Below, piece after piece: positions 34,174 to 45,986 of a stretch of 64,000 bases of DNA. The notes under the pieces are model-generated. The model saw only the letters and a list, made by a program, of their open reading frames with translations, did no database searches and was not told the DNA's origin. Positions within the stretch are counted from its first letter, which is position 1. Each line of letters opens with the position of its first letter. The DNA comes from Antechinus flavipes. Taxonomy: Eukaryota. The position numbers and the translations under genes are program-made. The stretch covers positions 252,340,001 to 252,404,000 of the forward strand of contig NC_067403.1 of assembly GCF_016432865.1 (NCBI RefSeq), given 5' to 3'.

Positions 34174-35163
34174 TTCAGGGTATATTCTAGAAACTTAAGG
34201 AAACCAAAATACTGGTTTTGCTGGGGGGTGGGGGGTGGGGTGGAATAGACATGAAAGAGAGGAAGGGAAGGAGAGAAAGAGGAAGATCCTGAGATAGAAA
34301 GAAGGGAAAGGTCCAGTCACTGCCTGGCCCAGTGGTCTTAAGTAAATTATTTCTTCTCACTAATGTCTAGGGAAAAGTGGTTTGTTTCCAAAGTCCATTC
34401 TCTTCATGTGACAAAGATCTCACAGGCAGAAACAGGTTGGAAGTAAGGAAAAAAGTAGATGATGTTGGGCTGACTTGGAAGTTTTGGGGCAGAGGCTGAA
34501 TGGCCCCTAATAAGGGTTATTTTATGGTGGAGATTCTATTGTCTGCAGGCTGGACTTAATGACTACCATTATTCCTGATTGTGTGGGTCCTTCCTTCTCA
34601 AGTCTCCTTTGCAGCATCATCATTCATCTCCAACGCCTACATCTGGGTCTGTCTCAGAGCCCTTCTTCTTCAACATTCTCCCTCTTGACAGTCTCATAAT
34701 CAGTTTAATTATTATCTCTGTGCAAATGGAGCTCAAATCCACATAGCCAGTTTTCTCCTCACCCCCCCCCCACTCAAAAGTCTTCTGGAAATCTCCCCCT
34801 GGGTGTCTTATGGCATTTAAAATTCAATTTGCCTCAGAGCTGCTCATTATCTCTTCTCTTAAGTGTCCCACTCCTAAATTTCCTAATTCTGTTGAGGGTA
34901 CCCCCATCTTTCCAGTTAGTTCATGATTTGGGAGTTATTCCAACTTTTCACTCTTCCTCACTTCATGTATCCCAGTAGTTGCCAAGTCTTGTCAATATTT
35001 CCTTTCATCAGGACAAGTTGTTGTTGAGTTATTTTAGTCATGTCTGATTCTTTATGACCCCCATTGGGGTTTTCTAGGCAAAAACATTGGAATGGCTTGT
35101 CATTTCTTTCTCTGGTTCATTTTGCAGATAAGTAAACTGAGGAAAACAGGGTTAGGTAATTTT

Positions 35164-35484
35164 TTATAGAAAAGAATTGGAAATTATTGCACCATAAAAA
35201 TGATAAAAATGATGGCTTTAGAGAAATCTGGGAAGATTTGCAAGAATTGATGTAGAGGGAAGTGAGAAGAACTTACAATAATATTGTAAAGGCAATTTGG
35301 AAAAACTTCAGAACTCTCATCAATGTGGTGGCCAGCCACAATTTCAGTTGCTGCAAGAAGCCATTATGGGTTTTTGCAGGCTGCACAAGTCAAGGAAATA
35401 GGCAAACAGTTCTTTTATCTTGCCCAAAATGACATCCTGGAGCCTTTCATCAACCACTTCCCTTCCAGCATGTGGTCCAGGTTA
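35164..35484 (+). repeat. Copy 2 of the 320-bp local duplication
   Basis: Shared ends ttatagaaaagaa...catcaaccacttcccttccagcatgtggtcc.ggtta. Confidence 0.9.
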
Positions 35485-36394
35485 CACTAGTGAGTGTCTG
35501 AAGCCAGTCTTGAGCACGTGAATCCCTGACCCTGGATACCCCCTAGCAGCCCATATCCCTCCCTCCAGTGTCCCCTCATTTCCAGAGGTCATCATCCACA
35601 GAACGGCCAAACCGATATAGCGTCCGTGCTCAAAAAAGGTCAATGAATTGACACAAAAACAATTAGCTCCCTAGTATATAGGGATGTGCCAGATTGTGTA
35701 TCGCTCCAGAGTGATCTTCCAGCATCCCTTTCACAGTCCTTATCACAGCTACGCTGCACTATGGAGGCTCCCCAGAGATCACCTTCTGCCTCCCACCTTT
35801 GGATCACCCCCGGGCTTGGGAGCTCTTGCCCCTCTGCCTCCTGGAGCTCCTCTCAAGGCTCACTTTGAGCATCAGGTCCCTTCCTGAATCCCCTTCTCCT
35901 CAGGGCTTCCCAAACCACTTTGCCGATATTTGTCTGTGAACGTGTTGGTTTTACCCAATGGAGACAGACACCGGCACGTGTTCTTTGGCCCAAACTGGAG
36001 AGAAACCAGGGAGAGGAAAGGGAAGGATTTAAAGATTCTCCCTTGGAAGATCCAGTTCTTGGTCCTCTCAACGTGTCATCTATGTCCTGTACAACCAGAA
36101 GCTCATACCCCTGGACAAAAGGAACCCTTTCCATCCTGACATTCTCACTATAAGAAAACCAGAACCCAGAGAACATACGATGATCCTCATTGCTCTTATT
36201 TGAGAGAGGTCGGGGATAAGGGGACGGGAAACTGTCAACTCTCACACACGGGCATTTTGTGATTCTGTTTTCTGGCACTGTTTTCCTTACTTACAAGGGA
36301 GAATTCAATGGAGTTAAGGGGAAATATATCAGAAAATAATTATGTTGTATAAAAAAAACAAAAAACAAAAACTAGAGGCTTCCAAAAAAACTTT

Positions 36395-36520
36395 TAAAAA
36401 ATAGTCCAAAATAGTCAGTGACCATAGTAATCTAGCATTTGACAAACCCAAAGACCCCAGCTTTGGGGTCGAATGGTGAATTCCATTCACCAAAAACTGC
36501 TGGGAAAATTGGAAATTAGT
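36395..36520 (+). mobile_element. Short internal L1 ORF2 fragment
   Basis: agtaatctagcatttgacaaacccaaagaccccagcttt...aaaaactgctgggaaaattggaaattagta encodes SNLAFDKPKDPSF..KNCWENWKL. Confidence 0.8.
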
Positions 36521-37687
36521 AAAAAAAATTAGTCCAAAGGAAAAGAGAAAGATCTGATGGATGTTAAAAGCAGATCAAAGTGTACTTACTTCACTACCTT
36601 GTTCTTTTGCCTAAGCTGTTTTTTTCTTTAATCTGTTTCTTTTCTCACAACTGTGACTAAATGGAAATATCCCTCGCATGACAGCACATGCATTATCCAT
36701 ATCAAATTACCATTTTAGGAAGATAGGAGCGGAGCAGGAAGAAAAATTTGGAACTCCAAATGTTGTAAAACTGAACGCCAAAAATTATCTGACATATAAT
36801 TAGGGGAAAATATTATCAAAAGAGAAATTAGTCCAGAAGATACCATTTCTTTCTTTTTTCTAAGAATAACCCCTATTTCTCCAGTGTTTGGAGGCTTCTA
36901 GGGCACTTTTCTCATAACCCTAAGGCAGATGTTTTCTCCCTTTTTCCTTCTTCCACTCTCCTTTCTCACAGAGTAGAATATGAGAAGTGAACTCTTAGAG
37001 ATCATCACTTTGGGAGAATCCCTCGACCTCATTGAGCCTCAGTTTCCCCATCTGAAAAGAAGGGAGTTGGACAACTTTTTGGTCTCCTTGCTGCTCCAGG
37101 GCCTGAAACTATCCTAAATCTAATCAGTCTTGCTGATGGGAATGTCTGAAGTTCAGGGGTCCTGAGACTTGCCACTGGCCCTGGGGCATTTCTCAGTCCA
37201 GATGGCTCAAGTCGGATGGGACAGAAGGGAAGAGCTCGTTGCCCTTGTCGGTCCAACAGTCAAAGGCTGATAAGGGCATAATAGCAGGGTTCAAAGTTCC
37301 TTCCATTAAGAAAACAAGATACTCATTAATTACTTGGAGATTCACCTCCCGGTGGTTCATGGAGACACCCGGAGCAAGGCAAGAAGTCCTAAAGAATAGC
37401 AGCCAGGTAGCTTACTGGGAACCCACGACTGGTAATCACTGTGGGAGCCAGGCCAGGGATTGGGAAGGGGCTGCTCTACCTCTGGATCCGGAGGCAGAGC
37501 ACTTGGCTTCCATCCCAAGCTATTCCTCCCTTTTTTAACTGGATCTGGATCCTTTTTGACCCCTGAAAAGTGGGGGACAGTGGATACTAGAGATGCCCTT
37601 AGGGAGCCCTTCTAGCTCTCAATGCATGAACTATGGTCATAGAATTCTACTGCCTGTGTGACTCTGAGAAGGAAAAAAAGGATGGGG

Positions 37688-37819
37688 NNNNNNNNNNNNN
37701 NNNNNNNNNNNNNNNNNNNNNNNNNNNNNNNNNNNNNNNNNNNNNNNNNNNNNNNNNNNNNNNNNNNNNNNNNNNNNNNNNNNNNNNNNNNNNNNNNNNN
37801 NNNNNNNNNNNNNNNNNNN
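37688..37819. other. Assembly gap (132 N)
   Basis: Run of N. Confidence 1.
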
Positions 37820-38940
37820 AAATGTACGTCTCAGTTTGAATTCCCCCCGCATTTTACAATTAAGGCACAGAAAACTTAAATGACAGCACAGGATCAAAGC
37901 ACTACAGACCAGCACAGTGTCTGGCACATTGTAGTGTCTTAATAAAATATTTATTGAATATATATTATTGAATATAAATTTCCCCTCCCTTTATAGATAG
38001 AGACTTCATAGGATCATAGATTAGAGGGGCAAGAGAGCTCAGGGGTCACCTTGTCCAATGGTTACTTTCTAGATTAGGGAGCCGAGTCTCCATTTCTTTC
38101 CTCAGAGCTGGGGTTCTAACCGAGGTCCCTGACCCCAAAGACAGCTCCTGCTCTGGTAGATGGCTCCTCCTCCCCAAGCCCCTCACCTGCCTTCCCTGCC
38201 AAGCTCCAGGGGTGCTCTGTCCACTATCCCGTGCTAAAGCCCCCTTTCTCTGACCAAAGAAGCATCGGGCCGGTGCCGCTGGGACCACAGTGGCCCTGCA
38301 ACGACCGAAGCCAGACGCCAAAGACGGACCGTCCTTCCGATTAGCCAGAAATGCCTTGGCACGGGAGGGCTCCCAGCTTAGACTTCTCCAGAAAAGGGCC
38401 TCCCCCAGGGACGGTTAGAAACAGGCCTCGGATCTGAGCGAGCTCTTTTCTGGGAACTGTCCCATGGTATAAACAAATAGGTCAGGCTCATAGACTGATC
38501 CAGTCGGCCAAATAAATGACCAACAGGGTGGAGGTCAACACTGAAGAGGCTGCGAGGTCGTCCCAGGCTGTCTAGGCCATCCCACAGATGATGGAGTAGG
38601 AAAAAATGCTAGAAATGAGTGGCTGCCATGAATAGTATGATGTGGGACAAGACTGGGCTTCCCCTTCTGTAAAATGAAGGGATTGAGGGAGATCCCTCTT
38701 GTCCAGCTCAGAAGCAATGTGCCCCCGTGGAAAATGGGCTGAACTTGAGTTAGGAAAGGATCAAATGCTTCCTCGGGCACTTAGGATCTCGGAGCCTCAT
38801 TTTTGTCATCTGTAAAATGGGAATGTTTTACCAGCACTGTTTTTATTCCAAAGAGTTATTGAAAGCTATCTGAAAATGAAGTCCCTCATCCCCCAGCTGA
38901 CTTCATGCAAGCCTGAGCTTCTAAAATCCATCCCTGAAAC

Positions 38941-39447
38941 TCTGGGCTCCAAGGTCCCTTCAGCTCTGACATTCCAAGTTTTAGGTTCCAAGGTCCCTTC
39001 AGCTCTGAAGTTCCGAGTTCTAGGTTTTAAGGTCCCTCTAGATCTGCCATTCCATGTTCTAGTTTCCAAGGTCCCTCTAGCTCTAACATTCCAAGTTCTA
39101 GATTCCAAGGTCCCTTCAACTCTGCCATTCCATGTTCTAGGTTCCAAGGTCCCTTCAGCTCTGCCATTCCGTGTTCTAGGTTCCAAGGTCCCTTCAGCTC
39201 TGCCATTCCGTGTTCTAGGTTCCAAGGTCCCTTCAGCTCTGCCATTCTGGGTTCTAGGTTCCAAGGTCCCTTCAGCTCTGCCATTCCATGTTCTAGGTTC
39301 CAAGGTCCCTTCAGCTCTGCCATACCATGTTCTAAGTTCCAAGGTCCCTTCATCTCTGCCATTCCATGTTCTAGGTTCCAAGGTCCCTCCAGCTCTGCCA
39401 TTCCATGTTCTATGTTCTAAAGTTCTTTCCAGCTCTAATAATTTGTA
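38941..39447. repeat. 39-bp minisatellite, about 13 copies (tctaggttccaaggtcccttcagctctgccattccatgt)
   Basis: Strict 39-bp period; unit resembles the CR1/L3/MIR3 3' end (aggtcccttccagctctgacattctatgattct); explains ORFs 38866-39543, 38876-39469 and 39027-39401. Confidence 0.95.
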
Positions 39448-40033
39448 CTCCAAGATCATTCTTCTCTGACATTCCTTGTTCCATCTATCTGAGGTCCCTT
39501 CTAGTGCTGATTTAAGTTCTAAAGCTTCCACCGGCTCTGACATTGCATTTGATCCTCACAGCATCCTTTTTAGGTTGGCGTTATTATTATTCCCATTTTA
39601 CAGATAAGGAAACTGAGTAACTTGCCCAGGATCACCTAGCTAGTAAGTGTGTGAGGCCGGATTTGAACTCTGGTCTTCCTGACTCTAGATCTAGAGTTCC
39701 GTCCACCAGGTCTAGAAAGAAAAGCCAACTGCAAAGCTTCCCCTTCTGAAGAGCTGGAGCCATGAAATATGAGTGTTCAGTGCTGAGAGAGGCTCGGGGT
39801 CCAGCCAGACCAGCCCCTCCCCTCTCAGACTTGCCCAGGGTCACACAGCTATCCAACAGCCAAACTAAGGCTGGGCCTAAGTCAGGCTCCAAAGGCAGTT
39901 CTTTCTACCACAAGAACACGGGGGTGACACAGAGCCTTGCAGGAGATGGAGAAGCGAGGCCGGGGCTGGGTCACATCCTTGGAGGCGTGTTGGACGCCGA
40001 TGTCACAGGTAAGATCTGAGCGAGAAGCTTCAG

Positions 40034-40098
40034 GAGGATTTGAACCTCTGGTAGTAAAGGCTTAAACTTTATGCAATTACCAACTCTGCCACCTTAAC
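40034..40098 (-). pseudogene. NUMT: mitochondrial tRNA-Leu(UUR) pseudogene, 3'-truncated
   Basis: Reverse complement gttaaggtggcagagttggtaattgcataaagtttaagcctttactaccagaggttcaaatcctc; anticodon TAA at 40062-40064. Confidence 0.9.
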
Positions 40099-40311
40099 AA
40101 TCCTGTTCTAGGGAAATGAATTTATTGAATTAGTATATTAAGATAATTTCATATGTTGATGCTCGGGCTTATCGGGGACGTTGGCCCTATTTCTCTTGTC
40201 CTTTCGTAATGGGAGAAATAAAGTTACAGATAGAAACCGACCTGGATTTCTCCGGTCTGAACTCAGATCACATAGGACTTTAATCATTGAACAAACGAAC
40301 CTTTAATAGCT
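40099..40311 (-). pseudogene. NUMT: 3' end of mitochondrial 16S rRNA
   Basis: Contains ccggtctgaactcagatcac(a)taggactttaatc(a)ttgaacaaacgaacctttaatagc, the universal 16S 3' block (16Sbr primer site), next to tRNA-Leu in mitochondrial gene order. Confidence 0.95.
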
Positions 40312-40601
40312 CCCTGGTGCCCTACAATAAAATGTGGTGACCTCTGCTCGGCATGGAGAGCCCTTCCTCACCTGGACCCTTCCACAAATATGCTACCTGC
40401 CCCGTGGTCACTGACCCCACACAGTATCCGCTCCAGGCAGAATCACCCCTTTGCTCTTGCCCACACAATACTCAATCGCCCATCTTCGCATCAGCTGGAT
40501 TTCCACACCTCGAATGCTCTCCTTTTCAAGTCCCAGATCACATCGTCTTCTCCAGGAGGGTCTTCCCGGTCCTCCACAATTATTATGCATCCTCAAATTA
40601 T

Positions 40602-40739
40602 NNNNNNNNNNNNNNNNNNNNNNNNNNNNNNNNNNNNNNNNNNNNNNNNNNNNNNNNNNNNNNNNNNNNNNNNNNNNNNNNNNNNNNNNNNNNNNNNNNN
40701 NNNNNNNNNNNNNNNNNNNNNNNNNNNNNNNNNNNNNNN
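40602..40739. other. Assembly gap (138 N)
   Basis: Run of N. Confidence 1.
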
Positions 40740-41013
40740 GAGACAAAGACATACAGAGATAGACAGAGAGACAGAGATAGAGGCAGAGAGACAGAGAGAG
40801 ATAGAAAAAGAAAGATGAAGAGACAGAAGAGAGACAGAGAGAGAAGAGAAACAGAGAGGAGAGAGACAGAGACAGAGACACAGAGAGAGACAGAAGCAGA
40901 GAAACGGAGACACAGAGACAGATACATACACAAATACACACACACAAAGAGAGCAAGACATAGAGATAGACACACAGAGAACCAGAGAGTTATAGACATA
41001 GATATAGATCTAG

Positions 41014-41073
<60 letters not shown>
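41014..41073. repeat. (TAGA)15 tetranucleotide microsatellite, preceded by a GA-rich tract (40740-41010)
   Basis: Direct reading. Confidence 0.95.
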
Positions 41074-41189
41074 GTCTAGAGCAGGGACTGATTAATTTTT
41101 TTTTATCTCCAGTAACAAGTGGTAAAAATTGACTAAAATTTACTAATGCAATCCAAAGGATCTTAAACTAAGAAGTAGACACCTGCATA

Positions 41190-41390
41190 TATCTAACCGC
41201 AGCTAAGTAGCTCAGTAAATAGAGCACGAGTTCAAATCTGACTTCAGACACTTTAGATGCATGACTCTGAACAAGTCACTTTACCCTGTTTGCCTCGGTT
41301 TCCCTCTTTGTAAAATAAACTGGAGAAGGAAATGGCAAGCCACTCTGATGCTCAGTGAAGTCATAAAGAGTCAGACACGAAAATGTTGGA
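41190..41390 (+). mobile_element. Mar1-family SINE
   Basis: gagttcaaatctgacttcagacact...gcctcggtttccc...ctggagaaggaaatggcaagccactc...gagtcagacacga. Confidence 0.75.
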
Positions 41391-41479
41391 ATATATCCCA
41401 CACACCTGTGGGAAAAAGGAACCGCAGGGCCTTTAAATGATGCAGTTAGATTCGAGCATTCTGTAGAGCAATTTGGAAT

Positions 41480-42400
41480 TATGCTTCCTCCCTCCAGAAC
41501 AACACCATGCAAACCCTTTGACCCAGACGACTCAGTCTGTATTCCAAGAGATAAAAGACAAAAAGGAAAAGGAAAAATATTTATAGCAGCTCTTTTCTGG
41601 AAGCAAGGAGTTGGAGACTGAGGGGATGTTTATCAACTGGGGACTGGCTAAACAAATCATCGTTCGCAATTATGATAGAATACTATTGTGCTATAAGAAA
41701 TGATGAGCGGGGCACGCTCCAAAAAAACTTGGAAAGATTCCCATGAGCTGATGCAAAGTGAGATGTGCTGGGTACAAAATTGGGTACAATATTGTAAAAT
41801 GATCAATTTTTATGAACAATCTGGCTATTCTCAGCAGTGTAATGATCCAAGGTGACTCTGACAGACTTATTTTGAGAAATGCTATCCATATCCAAAGGAA
41901 GAACAGATGGTGTCTGGACACACATTGAAACACACTTTTTTTTTTTTTTGCTTTATTTTTCTTGAGGATTTTTTTAAGGGGAGGGGGTCTGTTTTCTTTC
42001 ACAACATGAGTATTATGGAAAGGTTTTGCATGAAGGAACACGTGTAGCCTATATTGAATTTCTTGACTTCCCAATGAGGGGATGGGGAATGGGGGGGAGG
42101 AAGGGAAAGAATCTGGAACTCAAAGGTTTTTTTTTATTATAGCTTTTTATTTATAAGATACATGCATGGGTAATTTTTCAGCATTGACAATTGTAAAGCC
42201 TTCTGTTCCAACTTTTCCTCTCCTTCCCCCCATCCTCCATCCCTGACGGCAAGTTGACCAATACATGTTAAATATGTTAAAGTATAAGTTAAATACAATA
42301 TATATATACAAGTCCAAACAGTTATTTTGCTGTACGAAAATGGAACTCAAAGTTTTGAAAGCAAATGCTAAAGATTGTTTTGCATACAACTGGAGGGAAG
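41480..42400 (+). mobile_element. Older L1 3' fragment interrupted near its tail by a younger antisense L1
   Basis: ggactggctaaacaaat...gaatactattgtgctataagaaatgatgag; tail resumes after 42341. Confidence 0.75.
42130..42340 (-). mobile_element. Young 5'-truncated L1 3' end with TSD
   Basis: Poly-T start; TSD tggaactcaaag(g)tttt at about 42114 and 42341. Confidence 0.85.
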
Positions 42401-42459
42401 ATAAAATGCTAAATAAGTACACACACACAAAAAAAATTGGAGTTGGATCTACTCAGAAC

Positions 42460-42715
42460 TGGCTGGCTGGTTGGACCCTTATCAACGTGGAAGAAAATCT
42501 CTGCTGGAGTGTCTCAGGGAGTCTATCCTGGGCTGCCCCTGAGCTTCACTGGCATGTGGAGAGACACAGATGGCATGTAGATGACACAAAACTAGGTGGG
42601 AAAGCTAACGTTAGCTAACCAAAAAAAAAATAAAACAAAAACAAAAACAAAAAAACCTCTGTAGACTGGATGACTAGGCTAAATCTCATATTATAAAATT
42701 CAGAAGTTACCATCC
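42460..42715 (+). mobile_element. CR1/L3 RT fragment
   Basis: ctggagtgtctcagggagtctatcctgggc (GVPQGSVLG-like) and gatgacacaaaactaggtggg (DDTKLGG). Confidence 0.75.
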
Positions 42716-42789
42716 CATGGCATAAAGATTCACTATTCAATAAAAAAATTTTTTTTTCTGAGTGAACCAATAAATAGTTTAGCAGTAAC

Positions 42790-44100
42790 TACTTACCATA
42801 CACCAAGATCATGGATCCTTGGCTAAGACATACAAGGACGTTTTATAAACAAATTAGAGAAACAACAAAAAAGGAAATGTCTTTAATCGACAAGAATTTT
42901 TCAAAGATTTCATCACCAATAAATGAATAGAGATGATCACAGAGATAAAATGGAAAGTTTTTGTTGTATACAAAATTTATCCAAACAAAACTAATGCAGC
43001 TAAAATTAGAAAGGAAAGAGCTAATAGGGGAGAAGGGAATTTTATAGCAAACGTCTTCTGATAAAAATCTCATCGCGATGATATTTAAGATACAGATTCA
43101 TAAGAATAAAAACCATTCCCTAATACATAAGTGGTCTAAAGATAGAAAGAAAGTCAGTTTTCAAAGGAAGAAATCAACCAAGTGCTATTGAAATGGAAAT
43201 AGAATGCTCCAACTCACTAACAAGGAAAAAAACTCTCTGAATCACTAACAATTGGAAATGTTCAATTAAAACAACTCTGAAATTCTACCTTGTACTCATT
43301 GGATTGCCAAAGGTGATATAAACAGAAAATGACAATTGCTGGAAGGGCTAAAGTAAAACAGGAACACTAATAAATTGTTGGAGGAATTAGGAGTTGGTAC
43401 ATACAACCTTTCTGGAAAGAAATTTGAACCTATATCCCAAAAGTCACTAAACGATATATCCTTTTACCCAATGTTGCCCATCGCTAAACGTATTACCCAA
43501 AGAGATGAAAATTACCCATATATACAAAAACATTTAAGCAGCATTTTGGGTAGGGGTTATAGCAAAGAACTAGAAATTAAGGGAGTACATATCAAATAGG
43601 AAACAAAATATAATATATGAATGAATAGCATATTATTGCACCATAAAAATAATTTTAAAAAAGGACATTTTCAGAGAACCTGGAAAGACTAAAATGGACT
43701 GATGCACAGTGAAGTAGGCAGAAGTAAGGTAACAATTCCTACAATAACAACACTGGAAAGAAAAATAACCGTGAAACACTTCAGAACTTGGATCAAATGC
43801 AATGACCTCCCATGTTGCAGGAGACCAATGAAGCAGACTAGTTGTTTCCTCACAAAAAAAAAAAGTTATGGACTCATTGTACCAAAAAAAGACATATATC
43901 TTTAGACAGAGTCCAAGTAGGGACTTGATCTGCTTGGCTATTCATATTTGTTAGAAGGATGGGGAGAAAGCAGAAGGGAAAGGAAAGCTAGGGAGATAAC
44001 TGAAAGAAGAAGGAAATGAACAGAAAAGACAGTCATTAAAATATACAGAAGGAAACAGAGGGAAAGCCAGAAGAATAAGTAAGTAGAATCTAAAAAGTTA
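42790..44100 (+). mobile_element. Old degenerate L1 ORF2 3' half
   Basis: aaaacaactctgaaattctaccttgtactc...aattgctggaagggc...ggaacactaataaattgttgg; many disruptions. Confidence 0.75.
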
Positions 44101-44499
44101 CATGTTCAATTTATTTTATACTTTAAAAGAAAGGCAAAATATGTCTAATTGAGTTGTGCAAGTTATTTAACCTCAATTTGCCTCAGTTTACTCAACTTTA
44201 AAAGAGAGATGATAACAGCAGATACTTTATAGGATTGTCGTGAAGATTAAATGAGATAATACTTGTAAATAGCACTGAGCACTGAACCTCGTACATAGTG
44301 GGTGCTTAATAAATGTTTATTCCCTTCCCCTCCTTCCCAAAAGAAAATGGGTATATTTAATAAATGTACATGGAAATATATATGTTTAGATTCTAGCATA
44401 TAGTAAATGCATATATTGCAATTCAAAAAATTAATTTTACAAATAGAAGATAAGGAAATGTGGCTAGATAAATTGCTGCCTCCTCTATATAGATTAATA

Positions 44500-44700
44500 G
44501 CATGGTATGGCAACCACAAAAGCCAATATGGTTTTAGACAGTGATGTGTGACTACCTGCCTGAGATTCAGGAGGCAATTAATCCTGCCGTCCCCTGCCCT
44601 GGTCAGACCATAGCTAGAGATGGGCTCAGTGCTGGCAGCCCATTTTAAGACAACGATAGGTTGGATTCCATGTGAATAAATCTAACCAAGATAGTAAAAG
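44500..44700 (+). mobile_element. CR1/L3 fragment
   Basis: aaagccaatatggtttta...cctgccctggtcagaccatagctagag...cagcccattttaaga. Confidence 0.65.
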
Positions 44701-45214
44701 GCTTCAAAATTATTTCCAAAAATGCTAATTTTAAAATTAATTTTTAATTTTTTTAATTAATGCCCCATGTTAGGGGCCAGAATAGTGATTTAATTTATAT
44801 CAGATACTCCCTTTACTTTTGCAGGCCAGGATCTTCCTTGCAGCTTCTTTGAAATCTTGCCTAACACATTAAGAGTTTAGGCTACTTGTTCAAGAAAGTA
44901 CAGCCCAGATGTATCAGAGGCACAAGACTCAAACTGGTTTTCTAAAACCAGCTCTCAATTTGCCCTTCTTTGCTGCTTCTGATGGCTCATAATTATATAA
45001 GTTTTTAAGATTTATAAAGCACTTTATGTGAAAAAAAAAGCTGAATTGTTTGATTCCAACAAACTCACTTCACCCCTGAATGAGTCATTATTATTTCAAT
45101 TTTACAGATTAAGAAAAATTGTGACGCTGTGGGTTGCAAAATAATAAGTGTTCAAGACAGGATCTGAACCTAGATTTCTTGATTCCAGTCTCATTATTCT
45201 ATTCTACAATCAGC

Positions 45215-45610
45215 TGGAGAAAGTAGAAACAGAAGAATTAGGACATATTATAGCTGTCTTTGAGTATTTAAAGAACTGTCTCATGAAAAAGGAATTGGAT
45301 GGATTCTCTTTGACCTGAGAAGATTAAAAGAAAAAAAAGTTTGAGTATAGAGCAGTTGAACAGGAAAAGATTTAGACTATAGATAAGAAAAACAGTTTTC
45401 TAAAAATTAGAGATATTCAAGAGTAGAATGGTTGTCTCAGGAGGAAGTGAATTCTCTCTCACAAGAAGTCTTCTAACAGACAATGGAACATTGATTCAAT
45501 CAACGAATCAGCAAACATTCACTAAGTAATTGTAGAAAGAATTTTTTGTCCAGGTCCAAATTAGACTGATATCTCTGACGTCCTTTCCAACTCGGAAATC
45601 CTGTGATTCT
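45215..45610 (+). mobile_element. CR1/L3 3' end
   Basis: atagctgtctttgagtatttaaagaactgtc...ggaagtgaattctctctcac...gtcctttccaactcggaaatcctgtgattct. Confidence 0.7.
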
Positions 45611-45986
45611 TGAGTTTCCTTTTATTATAACATAGAACACTAACATTAGCGAAACTTCCATAGAACATAATGATTGTCCACGTCAGTGTCTGTTCTTTTA
45701 TCTACTTCCACTCTTTTTTTCCCCACAAAGAGCTTATATAAATCATCAGTTTGGAGTTCTTTTAATTGCATGTCATCCCTGCTTGTTTTTAATTTTCTAA
45801 TTTGGTGTCGATTTTGATCTTTAACAAATCAATAATCTGACCACATACATGTACTCATAGGTATCCAGTCATTTCCGAGCAAGATAAAATCATTTTCATT
45901 TCTTGTAAAATTCTGTTGAGGACTGCTAGTTGTTATTTAAAAATTAAAAGAAACCAAACTCTGGTAGATGCAATAACCAATCTTAA

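Noticed and set aside
35500-36290. Several 60-141 aa ORFs suggesting a processed pseudogene or ERV piece
   Set aside because: No recognisable protein; at most a weak L2/CR1-like SVLGPL word
38866-39543. 225-aa repetitive protein (AEGTLEPRTWNGR)n
   Set aside because: It arises from the 39-bp repeat period; there is no promoter, splice or homology evidence
40034-40098. Functional tRNA-Leu gene
   Set aside because: It is mitochondrial-type, has a truncated acceptor stem and is embedded in a NUMT
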